This document shows positions 27,796-36,834 of a DNA stretch of 64,000 bases, in pieces. How positions within the stretch are numbered: the stretch's first letter is position 1; every line of letters starts with the position of its first letter. Made by a program: the position numbers and the translations under genes. The DNA is from an uncultured Candidatus Saccharibacteria bacterium (GTDB taxonomy: Bacteria > Patescibacteriota > Minisyncoccia > UBA6257 > 2-01-FULL-56-20), in NCBI GenBank assembly GCA_964505005.1, contig CAZDFQ010000004.1, positions 5,172 to 69,171 of the forward strand, in the 5' to 3' direction. Below the pieces are notes generated by a model. The model ran no database searches. It was not told the DNA's origin and saw only the letters and a list, made by a program, of their open reading frames with translations.

Positions 27796-27838
27796 TCATT
27801 CGCAACATTCGCATAAAAATTCGTATCATTCGCATTAT
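27796..27838. repeat. Family B octamer array upstream of pilB
   Basis: 'cattcgcaacattcgcataaaaattcgtatcattcgcattatg'. Confidence 0.5.
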
Positions 27839-27886
27839 GTTTATATTTATTGCCAATCCTTTTTTTCTGCTCTAAACTTTTAGGTA

Positions 27887-29563
27887 ATGCCCGAACTCAA
27901 GCCCACGGGGCTTCAAAAAAAATTGAGCGAGATGCGCCGCGAAGCCGAGGAACGCGAGGCCCAACGTCGGGCCAAAAAATTCGGCTATCCTTACATTGAC
28001 CTTAGGAAAATTCCTGTGGGCGTTGAGGCCCTGAGATTAATTCCGGAAGCCGAAGCCAAAGAAGCCGAAGCCGCTGCCGTGGAAGCGAGAAGAAGCGAGG
28101 TAGCCGTGGCGACAACCGACCCTGAATCAACGGCTTTCAAAAGCATTATCAAAAAACTTGAAGCCAGCCATTTGACGCTAAAAATTTTCATTGCTTCTAA
28201 AAGCGCCATCGAAAAGGCCTGGGAACTTTATAAATTCATCCCTCAGGAGCGGGAAGAAATCACCGGCAAAGTGGAAATCGAAAAAAAGAATTTCGAGGCG
28301 CTGATGGCGCGGCTGACGAGCTTCCAGTTGGTTCAGAACGAATTCAAGAATTTCGATTTCAAAAAAATTACCACCACCAGGGTTCTCGAAACTATTTTAG
28401 CCGGCAGCTTGGCCATCGCCGCTTCGGACATTCATTTCGAAGCCGAAGAAAGAAAAACCCGAATCCGTTTCCGGGTGGATGGCGTTTTGCACGACATCTT
28501 CGGCGACCTGCCGCTCGATATTTACGACCACCTAATTTCGCGCATCAAGCTTCTTTCCGGCTTGAAAATCAATATCCGCGACGAAGCCCAGGACGGCCGA
28601 TTCACCATTGCCTTGGCGAGCAAGGAAGTAGAAGTTCGGGTTTCGATAATCCCCTCCGAGTTCGGCGAAACGATTGTGATGCGGCTGCTGGACCCCAATG
28701 CCATCAAGGTGGATTTGTCCGGCTTGGGACTGAGGCCGGACGACCTGGAGCTCGTCCAGCGGCAACTCAAAAAACCCAACGGTCTGCTTTTGAACACCGG
28801 CCCAACCGGTTCGGGAAAGACCACTACGCTCTATGCTTTTCTCCGGCAGGTGGCTGGCCCGGAAATCAAAATCATCACCATTGAAGACCCGATTGAATAC
28901 CGGCTTGGGGGGATTGAACAGACCCAGGTTGACCCCAAAGCCGGTTATACTTTTGCGAGTGGCCTGCGCTCAATTTTGCGCCAGGACCCGGACGTGATTC
29001 TGGTCGGCGAAATCCGCGACCGCGACACCGCGGACATTGCGCTTCAAGCCGCCCTGACCGGCCACCTGGTTTTTTCCACTCTCCATACCAACGACGCCAT
29101 CGGCGCGGTGCCGCGGCTGATTGACTTAGGCGTCACCGCGGCGAGCATCGGCCCGGCCGTCAACCTGATTATTGCCCAACGGTTGGTAAGAAAGCTTTGC
29201 GTTTATTGCCGAAAAAAAGTCGAACCAGCCGCAGAATTGAAAAACAAAATAAAAAATTTTCTGGGAAAGCTGCCAGCAAAAATCGACCAGCGGCCATACC
29301 AAGGCCCAACCATCTACAAGTCCGTTGGCTGTGACAAATGTGTTGGCTTCGGCTACAAGGGCCGAATCGGGATTTTCGAGTTTTTTGAGACCGGGCCGGA
29401 ATTCGAGGAAGCGATTTTAAAAGAAGCTTCCGAAGTGGTTTTGGGTAAACTCGCCGAAGAGCAGGGGATGGTAACGATGCAGCAGGACGGCCTGCTCAAG
29501 GTTTTGGCCGGCGTTACCAGTTTTGACGAGCTGGAGAAAATTACCGGAAGCATTGCTTGGTAA
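27887..29563 (+). CDS. pilB: GspE/PilB-family secretion/type IV pilus assembly ATPase
   Basis: 'LLNTGPTGSGKTTTLYAFL' Walker A, 'ILVGEIRD', and tetracysteine 'CVYCRKK...CDKCVGFGYKGRIGIFE'. Confidence 0.85.
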   Translation: MPELKPTGLQKKLSEMRREAEEREAQRRAKKFGYPYIDLRKIPVGVEALRLIPEAEAKEAEAAAVEARRSEVAVATTDPESTAFKSIIKKLEASHLTLKIFIASKSAIEKAWELYKFIPQEREEITGKVEIEKKNFEALMARLTSFQLVQNEFKNFDFKKITTTRVLETILAGSLAIAASDIHFEAEERKTRIRFRVDGVLHDIFGDLPLDIYDHLISRIKLLSGLKINIRDEAQDGRFTIALASKEVEVRVSIIPSEFGETIVMRLLDPNAIKVDLSGLGLRPDDLELVQRQLKKPNGLLLNTGPTGSGKTTTLYAFLRQVAGPEIKIITIEDPIEYRLGGIEQTQVDPKAGYTFASGLRSILRQDPDVILVGEIRDRDTADIALQAALTGHLVFSTLHTNDAIGAVPRLIDLGVTAASIGPAVNLIIAQRLVRKLCVYCRKKVEPAAELKNKIKNFLGKLPAKIDQRPYQGPTIYKSVGCDKCVGFGYKGRIGIFEFFETGPEFEEAILKEASEVVLGKLAEEQGMVTMQQDGLLKVLAGVTSFDELEKITGSIAW

Positions 29564-29675
29564 GCCCCGCACCTTTTCCAGAAATGATTCTGCTTTTGCC
29601 TAAATTTAAGGGCGGAATCGCCTACCGGCTCTGAATGGCGTTTAAAAACCATTCCTTCTGGAAAAGGTGCGGGGT
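29564..29675 (+). other. Long-range perfect 20-21-bp RNA stem enclosing ~72 nt with internal hairpins (candidate structured RNA / processing element)
   Basis: 'gccccgcaccttttccagaa' at 29564-29583 pairs with 'ttctggaaaaggtgcggggt' at 29656-29675. Inner hairpins 'gauucugc/gcggaauc' and 'gaaugg/ccauuc'. Confidence 0.35.
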
Positions 29676-29684
29676 AAGTACCTT

Positions 29685-29737
29685 GCCCCGTAGGAAGTGG
29701 CGAGAAAATATAAAGATATTTTTATTTCCTATGGGGC
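29685..29737 (+). other. Second hairpin with the 'gccccgtaggaa / ttcctatggggc' arms, the same motif as the yidC-jag inverted repeat
   Basis: 12-bp stem with one mismatch and a ~29-nt AT-rich loop. Confidence 0.35.
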
Positions 29738-30017
29738 TTGAAAAAAACAAAAATCGCCTCGAATCTGGGGGCTGCTACTCTGTCGCTAAAACAGAGAACC
29801 AGAAAACTCTTTTTAATAAATTTAAAAGAGGTTAGAATTGCTTTCGAGGATAGGCCTCGCTAGAGCCAAGCCGTCCTTAAAAACTAAAAGCCATTCCTGC
29901 CCCCAGGTTCGAGGCGGCCGAGCACATAAAATATATGTGCTTGGCAAACATATGTTATCATAAAAAATTTATCCTGTCAAGTCCTTAGAAGGGGCCGAAA
30001 CAAGAGGTTTTAAAAAA

Positions 30018-31052
30018 ATGAGACCGAGCAATCGTTTCAATTTGACCAACGATGACCTGACCATTGAACAGGCGCTTCGGCCGACTCAGTGGGAGGAATA
30101 TTTTGGCCAGGAGAAAATAAAGAAGAATTTAAGAATCATTATCGAGGCCAGCCGGAAAAGAAACGAAGCCATGGACCATCTGTTGCTTTGCGGTCAAGCC
30201 GGTCTAGGCAAGACCACCCTGGCTTATCTAGTGGCCAAAGAATTGGGCGCGGCCGTGAAAACCACTTCTGGCCCGGCCCTTGAAAAGCTCGGAGACATGG
30301 CCGCGGTACTGACCAATCTTGAGCCCGGGGAAATACTTTTCATTGACGAAGCCCACCGTATCAATCGGCTGATTGAAGAAGTGCTTTACCCGGCAATGGA
30401 AACGAGGAAATTGCACTTGGTGGTTGGCAAGGGGCCGGCTAGCCGGAGCATCAGCTTGGATTTGCCGCCGTTCACTTTAATTGCCGCGACCACCCGCGAG
30501 AATCTTTTATCTCAGCCGCTGCGCTCGAGATTCGGCGCTATTTTCCGGCTTGATTATTATAACCTCGAAGACATTAAGGCGATTCTAAGGCGTTCAGCGG
30601 AAATTTTGGGAGTTAAATTAGCGGACAAAGCTATTGAAATTTTGGCTCAGGCCTCGCGAGCCACGCCCCGGGTGGCTAATCGGCTTTTGAAGCGCGCTCG
30701 CGACTATGCCGAGGTCCATTCCTACACTAAAATCGGCGAGGGGGTAAACTCAAAAAATTACATTGACGATAAAACCGCCCGAAAGGCCTTGGATCTTTTG
30801 GATATTGATGAAAGAGGATTAGAGCCCCAAGACCGCCGACTTTTGGAAGTCATTATCAATAAGTTTGCTGGTGGGCCAGTTGGCTTAGGCACCTTAGCTG
30901 CCGCGCTTAACGAAGATCGCGGGGTTATCGAGGACATTTACGAACCATATCTGATGACCCTTGGATTTTTGAAGCGGACCGCGGCTGGCCGCGTGGCTTT
31001 ACCAGCGGCTTATGAACATATAGGGCTTAAGCGACCCGGCGAAATGCTGTAG
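30018..31052 (+). CDS. ruvB: Holliday junction branch-migration helicase RuvB
   Basis: 'LLLCGQAGLGKTTLAYLVAKELG' Walker A, 'LFIDEAHR', and C-terminal winged helix. Confidence 0.95.
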   Translation: MRPSNRFNLTNDDLTIEQALRPTQWEEYFGQEKIKKNLRIIIEASRKRNEAMDHLLLCGQAGLGKTTLAYLVAKELGAAVKTTSGPALEKLGDMAAVLTNLEPGEILFIDEAHRINRLIEEVLYPAMETRKLHLVVGKGPASRSISLDLPPFTLIAATTRENLLSQPLRSRFGAIFRLDYYNLEDIKAILRRSAEILGVKLADKAIEILAQASRATPRVANRLLKRARDYAEVHSYTKIGEGVNSKNYIDDKTARKALDLLDIDERGLEPQDRRLLEVIINKFAGGPVGLGTLAAALNEDRGVIEDIYEPYLMTLGFLKRTAAGRVALPAAYEHIGLKRPGEML

Positions 31053-31114
31053 GTTATTAGTTTGGTTGGAGGTGCCAGTCCGGCGGCCAGACCTAAACCC
31101 AAATACCAATCCAA

Positions 31115-31690
31115 ATGATCTACATCAATGAATGGCTGCCGAATCCGGCCGGGGACGACGCCCAAAACGAATGGGTGGAGATTTTTAACAGCGGCCCGGA
31201 AAATGTTTCGCTTAGGGGCTGGATTCTTAAAACCAAAAGCGGCAAAGAATTTATTTTGAATAATTATTCGCTTAAAACCAGGGCCTATCTGGTGTTAGGG
31301 AGGCCGCAGACCAAGCTGGTTTTGAAAAATACCGACGAGAAGCTCTCTCTTTATGATGCTTCAGGCAAATTGGTTGACGAATCCGGTTTTTCCGGTAGCG
31401 CGCCCGAAGGCAAAAGCTTCCAAAAGATTTCTTCGGCCAGCGCAGAAAGCAGTCGATTCGTCTTCGGAGAACCGAGTCCCGGTCAGCCGAATAAAATCAG
31501 CGGAACCGCTGATTATCTAATAAACAATATTTATCCTTTTAATCAGCCGCTAAACTCTCCATTAAGTTATTTCGATGTTATGATGTTAGCAATCGGCAGC
31601 GGTCTTGTTTTAGCGGCTTCCACAACCTTTCTTTTCGAAAGAAGTGGATTTTTAACCAATCTATTTTTTGGTGAAGATGCGCCACGTTAA
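31115..31690 (+). CDS. Lamin-tail-domain (LTD) protein with C-terminal TM anchor
   Basis: 'INEWLPNPAGDDAQNEWVEIFNSGPENVSLRGW' LTD signature. Confidence 0.6.
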   Translation: MIYINEWLPNPAGDDAQNEWVEIFNSGPENVSLRGWILKTKSGKEFILNNYSLKTRAYLVLGRPQTKLVLKNTDEKLSLYDASGKLVDESGFSGSAPEGKSFQKISSASAESSRFVFGEPSPGQPNKISGTADYLINNIYPFNQPLNSPLSYFDVMMLAIGSGLVLAASTTFLFERSGFLTNLFFGEDAPR

Positions 31691-32174
31691 GAAATTTCGC
31701 ACCCATTCCTCGGCTGAAACTAAAAAATTAGGTGAAGAGTTGGCGCGAAAAATTGCGAAAGATGGAGCGCAAAAAAACGCGAAAGATGCGGTCGTCATCG
31801 GCCTGGCTGGCGAACTCGGCAGCGGCAAAACCACTTTTATCCAAGGATTTTTCCGGGGTCTCGGCGTTCGCAAAAAAATCGCCAGCCCAACCTTTGTCTT
31901 GATTAAAAGCTACAAGCTAAAAACTATAAGCTATAAGCTGGCGCATCATATTGACGCTTATCGTCTTAAAAAGCCAGGCGAGCTCCTTGCCTTGGGCTTT
32001 AAAGAAATTATTAAAAACCCGGAGAACATTGTTTTAATCGAGTGGGCGGATAGAATGAAGAAATTGCTTCCCGAATCAGCGGCTAAGCTGCGTTTTAGAC
32101 ACGGCCGAACAGAAAATGAAAGGACCATAAAAATTAAACAATGTAAACAATGCCGGGAAATTTTACAACTATAG
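31668..32174 (+). CDS. tsaE: tRNA threonylcarbamoyladenosine biosynthesis protein TsaE (C-terminus extended into an IS-end remnant)
   Basis: 'GLAGELGSGKTTFIQGF' P-loop. The last ~15 codons read through the 27-bp IS terminal repeat copy at 32141-32167. Confidence 0.75.
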   Translation: MVKMRHVKKFRTHSSAETKKLGEELARKIAKDGAQKNAKDAVVIGLAGELGSGKTTFIQGFFRGLGVRKKIASPTFVLIKSYKLKTISYKLAHHIDAYRLKKPGELLALGFKEIIKNPENIVLIEWADRMKKLLPESAAKLRFRHGRTENERTIKIKQCKQCREILQL

Positions 32175-33542
32175 CACGCTTTCCTCGAACGGCGCCGGCA
32201 CCACGGCCTCGACCGCATACTCGTCCCTGATTTTTTGGGCCAAAACCTCGCTGGCCCCTTTCTCTCCCTGGACCACGAAAACTTTTTTTAAGGAAAGCCG
32301 CATCGGCTTAAGCCAATCCAAAAGCTGCTGCTGGTCAGCGTGCGCCGAATAAGCGCTTATCTCTTTGACCCGGCATTTCACTGGAACCTCCTCGCCGAAG
32401 ATTCTGACGCTTTTCGCGCCTTCAAGAATTCTCCGGCCGAGCGAGCCGCTGGCCTGGTAACCGACGAAAAGAATTGTGCTTTTCGGGTCCGGCAGATAAC
32501 GTCGTTCATGATGAAGAATCCGGCCGCCGTGAGACATTCCCGAGCCGGCGATGATTATTTTCGGAGCCGGCGCCTCGTTTATCTCTTTTGACTGCTCGGT
32601 GGTCAGCGTCAGCCGCAAACCGGGGAAATTTAAAATGTCCCCGTCTTTATCCTCTTTCTCTGCCCTTAAAACATCTTTATTGAAATAATTCTCGTATTTT
32701 TCATAAATAGCGGTCAGTTTAATCGCCAAGGGGCTGTCAATGAACACCGGCGCCCGCGGCACCCGGCCTTCTTCAAAAAGCTGATGCAAATGATAAAGCA
32801 GGTCCTGGGTCCGTTCCATGGCAAAAGCCGGAATCAAAAGAACGCCGCCGGCCCGGACCGCGTCTTCAATGGCGTCTTCCAGCATTTCCCTCCGCTTTTC
32901 CACTGGTTCGTGAAGCCGGTCGCCGTAAGTTGATTCAATCAGACAATAATCCGCCCGAGAAATTTTTTCCGTTGGCTGGATAAGCGGTGCCGGCGAATTG
33001 CCCAGGTCGCCGGAGAAAACAATTGTCTTGTTTTCCGCCTGGATTTTTATTATGGTTGAACCCAAAATGTGGCCAGCATCGAAAAATTCGACTCGGAAGC
33101 CGCCTACTTCAACCGGCTGATGGTAATCAACGGTTTTCCAGTTGTCCATCAGCTGCTTGATATCATCGGTTGCGTAAAGCCGCGGCCGGCCTTCCTGTTC
33201 AGCTTCTTTTTCCAAAATATGCTCCGAGTCAAGAAGCATCAGTTCGGCAAAATCTCTGGTGGCTGGCGTGGAATAAACATTGCTCTTGAAGCCGTCTTTC
33301 AAAAGTTTGGGCAACCGGCCGATGTGGTCAATGTGGGCATGAGTTATAAAGACCGCCTCTATCTCGGCTGGATTGTAAGGGAACGGCTCGAAATTCTTTT
33401 TCTCGGCAAAATGGCTGCCCTGCATCAACCCGCAGTCGATGAGTATACGAGTCGACCCTGAGCCCGTCGAAGGGCCACTTATCTCCAATAAATAGTTCGA
33501 CCCGGTAACCGTTCCCACGCCGCCGTAAAAGATTAAACGCAT
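32169..33542 (-). CDS. MBL-fold/beta-CASP ribonuclease (RNase J-like)
   Basis: 'HAHIDHIGRLP' metallo-beta-lactamase motif plus a beta-CASP region; 457 aa. Confidence 0.7.
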   Translation of the reverse strand: MRLIFYGGVGTVTGSNYLLEISGPSTGSGSTRILIDCGLMQGSHFAEKKNFEPFPYNPAEIEAVFITHAHIDHIGRLPKLLKDGFKSNVYSTPATRDFAELMLLDSEHILEKEAEQEGRPRLYATDDIKQLMDNWKTVDYHQPVEVGGFRVEFFDAGHILGSTIIKIQAENKTIVFSGDLGNSPAPLIQPTEKISRADYCLIESTYGDRLHEPVEKRREMLEDAIEDAVRAGGVLLIPAFAMERTQDLLYHLHQLFEEGRVPRAPVFIDSPLAIKLTAIYEKYENYFNKDVLRAEKEDKDGDILNFPGLRLTLTTEQSKEINEAPAPKIIIAGSGMSHGGRILHHERRYLPDPKSTILFVGYQASGSLGRRILEGAKSVRIFGEEVPVKCRVKEISAYSAHADQQQLLDWLKPMRLSLKKVFVVQGEKGASEVLAQKIRDEYAVEAVVPAPFEESVL

Positions 33543-33555
33543 AGAATAATTATAG

Positions 33556-33626
33556 CATCCGAATAGCGCTCGCTCGCGCTGCGCACTCGCGAAATCCGAA
33601 TGCGCCCATCCGAATTATCAGAAATT
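33556..33626. repeat. Family B-like 'ATCCGAAT' repeat array
   Basis: 'catccgaatagcgctcgctcgcgctgcgcactcgcgaaatccgaatgcgcccatccgaatt'. Confidence 0.4.
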
Positions 33627-33741
33627 ATACCCTTCAGAAATCTTTTCCCAAACTCTTTACAAAACAAAAATAATGTAGTATTGAAAAACCAGTTCTTGCA
33701 GTCCAAGAAGATAAGAGACGGCTGAAAAGGAGGGGAATCCA

Positions 33742-34029
33742 ATGTCCATAAAAACGCTCGTCCTCCAAGTCGAGGCAACGCTTCAGCGGGACTACCCCCG
33801 GCTGGAGAAGGTTCTTGAGTGGGTCGTACTCGCTGTTATCGTCGTCGGGGCCTTCTTCGCGGGGATGGATTACAACACGCCAGGCGCTCGGCAGAAAGCG
33901 GATATCCAGGAGTGGCTCCTGACGCGGGAACTGAAAAAGTGCGTCCAGGAGCTGATTGAAGAGCGACAACGCCAAGGGGTGTACCCACCCCTTCGGCCGC
34001 CGCGGGGGAATCGGACTATCCTGCTCTAA
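33742..34029 (+). CDS. Small single-TM protein (95 aa) in a high-GC insert with its own SD and terminator
   Basis: SD 'aaaggagggg' 5 nt upstream of the ATG and a terminator hairpin at 34044-34080. Flanked by direct repeats 'gcYgaaaRggagggg'. Confidence 0.5.
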   Translation: MSIKTLVLQVEATLQRDYPRLEKVLEWVVLAVIVVGAFFAGMDYNTPGARQKADIQEWLLTRELKKCVQELIEERQRQGVYPPLRPPRGNRTILL

Positions 34030-34043
34030 AGAGAGCAGCCGAA

Positions 34044-34080
34044 AGGAGGGGTGCCGTTAAGGGCCCCTCCTTTGTCATTT
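34044..34080 (+). terminator. Rho-independent terminator
   Basis: 'aggaggggtgccgttaagggcccctcct' followed by 'ttgtcattt'. Confidence 0.55.
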
Positions 34081-35373
34081 ATCTTTATCTTTTAAAATCC
34101 CCTCTACTATTCCTTTTTCATTCCATGGTATTTTCTTGTTGGCTTCAATTGCCATCCAGACCTCGCCGCCTTTGCCAGTCAAAATAACCACCTCGCCGGC
34201 TTGCGCCAAAGACAGGGCTCTCTTAATCGCTTCATGTCGGTCAATAATTTTTAGGATTTTGGATTTTGGATTTTGGATTTGCGAGCAACCGGAAGCAATA
34301 TCGTTAATTATGTTTTCCGGCTGCTCGTCATAAGGGTCTTCGTTGGTCAGCACAACAACATCGCAGTACTGGGCCGCGATTCTGCCCATCGCGGCTCGTT
34401 TCCATTTGTCCCGGCCGCCGCCCTGGGCTCCCAAAAGACAAATCATCCTCTTCGGCTTAAAAAGTTTTTTGGCTGTTTGATAAACCGCTTCCAAACTTTT
34501 CGGCTCATGGGCGTAATCAATGATGACCTTGAAGCCGCGGTTCTCGATTATTTCCTGCCGGCCCGGAACCGGCCGCGGATTTTGCAGCGCCGCTTTTATT
34601 TTCTCAAGCGGAACATTTTGGGAAATCCCTACTACGGCCGCGGCCGCCGCGTTATAAACATTGAATTCGCCGATTAAGGGCATCTCGAATTTTTCGCCGT
34701 TAAGCTCGAACGAACTGCCGTAAGCAAAAAGTTTGATATTGGAAATTTTAAAAACATTGGCGGGTGGCGATTTGCGATTTGCGATTTGCGCCGTGTATCC
34801 GTATTTATTCTTGACTTTTGGCGCCAAAAAATAGCCGACATTTTCATCGTCAAGATTATAAATGCCGATGCCATCTTTTCTCCGGCTGACTTGCTCGAAT
34901 AACTCGACTTTGGCAGCCCGATAATTTTCAAAACCAGCGTGCCGCTCGATGTGTTCCGGCGACAAATTAGTGAAAACCGCGACTTTATAATCAATGAATC
35001 GGTGTCGATACTGCAAAATACCCTCGGAAGAGGTTTCAATGACCGCATACTGACAGCCACTTTTAATCATCTGGCTGAGCAATTTTTGAAGCCGGAACCG
35101 GCCGAGCATTGTCTGCTTGGTATCGTTGACCCATTCTTTGTCGCCAATCCGGAAATTGACGGTGGTCGAAAGACCGACTTTGAATCCGGCTCTGGTCAAA
35201 ATATCAGCAATCAGATTGCAAGTCGTGGTTTTGCCCTTGGTGCCGGTTACGCCGATGACAATCATCTTCTGGGACGGAAAGCCGTAAAAAACCGCAGCCA
35301 AAAAAGCCAAAGCAAAATGATAGGGCTTCATCAAAAACTGGAATTGCCGGAAAAAATTTAGAATGGGATTCAT
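34075..35373 (-). CDS. Mur ligase family protein (MurE-like)
   Basis: 'VIGVTGTKGKTTT' Mur ligase P-loop. Carries two in-frame heptanucleotide triplet repeats, (CCAAAAT)x3 near 34255-34285 and (CGCAAAT)x3 near 34768-34792, read on the gene strand. Confidence 0.7.
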   Translation of the reverse strand: MNPILNFFRQFQFLMKPYHFALAFLAAVFYGFPSQKMIVIGVTGTKGKTTTCNLIADILTRAGFKVGLSTTVNFRIGDKEWVNDTKQTMLGRFRLQKLLSQMIKSGCQYAVIETSSEGILQYRHRFIDYKVAVFTNLSPEHIERHAGFENYRAAKVELFEQVSRRKDGIGIYNLDDENVGYFLAPKVKNKYGYTAQIANRKSPPANVFKISNIKLFAYGSSFELNGEKFEMPLIGEFNVYNAAAAAVVGISQNVPLEKIKAALQNPRPVPGRQEIIENRGFKVIIDYAHEPKSLEAVYQTAKKLFKPKRMICLLGAQGGGRDKWKRAAMGRIAAQYCDVVVLTNEDPYDEQPENIINDIASGCSQIQNPKSKILKIIDRHEAIKRALSLAQAGEVVILTGKGGEVWMAIEANKKIPWNEKGIVEGILKDKDK

Positions 35374-36153
35374 CTAATTTAATTTTTTGACCCACTCGTT
35401 AATTATCTTTTTCAATTCCGCCAAATGAGCCGGCTCTCTAAAAGTATGCGGCGCTCCTTTAATTACATGCAATTCTTTAGGGCCGGGCAATTTATCATAT
35501 AAAATCTTCTGATGTTCAGGAGGCGTAGACATATCATTTTCTCCGACTATCAACAAAATTGGCATTGTTAATTTATCTACCTTCGATAATAAATCGTACT
35601 TTAATTCATCATTAATATATTGGTGCCATTTCAGTCGTTTTATAACGCCCGGCTTCGAACGACTCTCGCTTATCCTCCATCCAGTGTTCTCCCACTCCTT
35701 AAGATTTTCCGGCTCATAGCGCTTGTAGAACTCTACCATCAATCGGCCAGAGACAACCGTAGAAATAGGAGCTACTGCTTTCACCTTCTCGGGATGGTTT
35801 TCTGAAAACAACGCTACGCAGATTGCGCCCGAGCTGTGTCCTGCCAACACAAACGGTTCCTGATACCATTCTTGCGTCCCGGCCCATTGAATCACATCTT
35901 CCAAATCCTCGTAATAATTAGTAGTCGTTGCGTCTTCGTAATTCCCATCGCTTTCACCAATTGTATTCGTAGTGTCAAACCTGACAACGCTGTAACCATT
36001 CTCTTTAAAAGCCTCGGCTATAATTTCAAGCTGCGGTTGTTCCTTAAAGCCTCCTAAGCCGTGCATAACAAAAGCCAGTCCTTTTTGCGGCTTGGCTTTT
36101 TCTACTATGACTGCGATTTTCTGGCTTTTTCTATTTTTAATAAACTCTTTCAT
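35374..36153 (-). CDS. Alpha/beta hydrolase
   Basis: 'GHSSGA' nucleophile elbow, with a His near the C-terminus. Confidence 0.7.
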   Translation of the reverse strand: MKEFIKNRKSQKIAVIVEKAKPQKGLAFVMHGLGGFKEQPQLEIIAEAFKENGYSVVRFDTTNTIGESDGNYEDATTTNYYEDLEDVIQWAGTQEWYQEPFVLAGHSSGAICVALFSENHPEKVKAVAPISTVVSGRLMVEFYKRYEPENLKEWENTGWRISESRSKPGVIKRLKWHQYINDELKYDLLSKVDKLTMPILLIVGENDMSTPPEHQKILYDKLPGPKELHVIKGAPHTFREPAHLAELKKIINEWVKKLN

Positions 36154-36752
36154 CTTCTCGCGCTTAAAATTTTTAAGGCGGCTTTCAGCCGCTCCTCCAA
36201 AGAAACGATTTTCTCGCCAACTTTTTCCAAAGCGGCTTTGGCCTGGTCCTTGCGGTAGCCGAGGCCGACCAGAGCTTCGACGATGTCCGCGTCGGATTCC
36301 ATTTTCCTAACTGCCTCCTCCGACTTTTCGGCTTTGACCTTGCTTTTTAACTCCACGATGATTCGCTCGGCGGTTTTCCGGCCAATGCCCGAAGCCCGGG
36401 TCAAAAGGTCGGGTCGGCCTTCTTTGATGGCCGCGGCCAAATCCTTCAATTCAGCCACCCCCAAAATCGCCAGCGCCGACTTGGGGCCGATACCGGCTAC
36501 CGAATTCAACATTTCAAAAAAGACCAGCTCTTCTTCGCTCAAGAACCCGTAGAGCTCAAAGGCGTTCTCGCGGCCGTAAAGATAAGAAAAGAATTTGACC
36601 TCCACGCCGAGCGGTGGCAAACTATGAAGCGTTCTTTCGGAAACGAAAATTTTGAAGCCAATGCCGCTTGTTTCCACGACCGCGAAATTATCAGTTTTTT
36701 GAGCGAGTTTCCCAGCAATGGTATAAAGCATATAAGTATTATAAATTATCAA
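36150..36752 (-). CDS. ruvA: Holliday junction DNA helicase RuvA
   Basis: ~200 aa, HhH motifs 'LNSVAGIGPKSA' and 'LTRASGIGRKTAERI'. Confidence 0.9.
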   Translation of the reverse strand: MIIYNTYMLYTIAGKLAQKTDNFAVVETSGIGFKIFVSERTLHSLPPLGVEVKFFSYLYGRENAFELYGFLSEEELVFFEMLNSVAGIGPKSALAILGVAELKDLAAAIKEGRPDLLTRASGIGRKTAERIIVELKSKVKAEKSEEAVRKMESDADIVEALVGLGYRKDQAKAALEKVGEKIVSLEERLKAALKILSARR

Positions 36753-36834
36753 TTTTCAATGCTCAATTTTCAATGAACCGAAAATTGAAAAACGGAATCA
36801 TTGATAATTGGAAATTGATAATCGATAATTTCCC
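36753..36834. repeat. Family C palindromic intergenic element ('tcaattttcaat / attgaaaa' units) in the ruvA/uvrB divergent region
   Basis: 'atcaattttcaatgctcaattttcaatgaaccgaaaattgaaaaacggaatcattgataattggaaattgataatcgataatt'. Confidence 0.5.

Noticed and set aside
29740-30017. tmRNA, SRP RNA or RNase P RNA in the pilB-ruvB spacer
   Set aside because: It has a T-loop-like 'GGTTCGAGG' and a 5' 'GGGGCUG', but no matching acceptor pairing, resume-codon context, or conserved SRP/RNase P boxes. It is left as an unassigned structured region.
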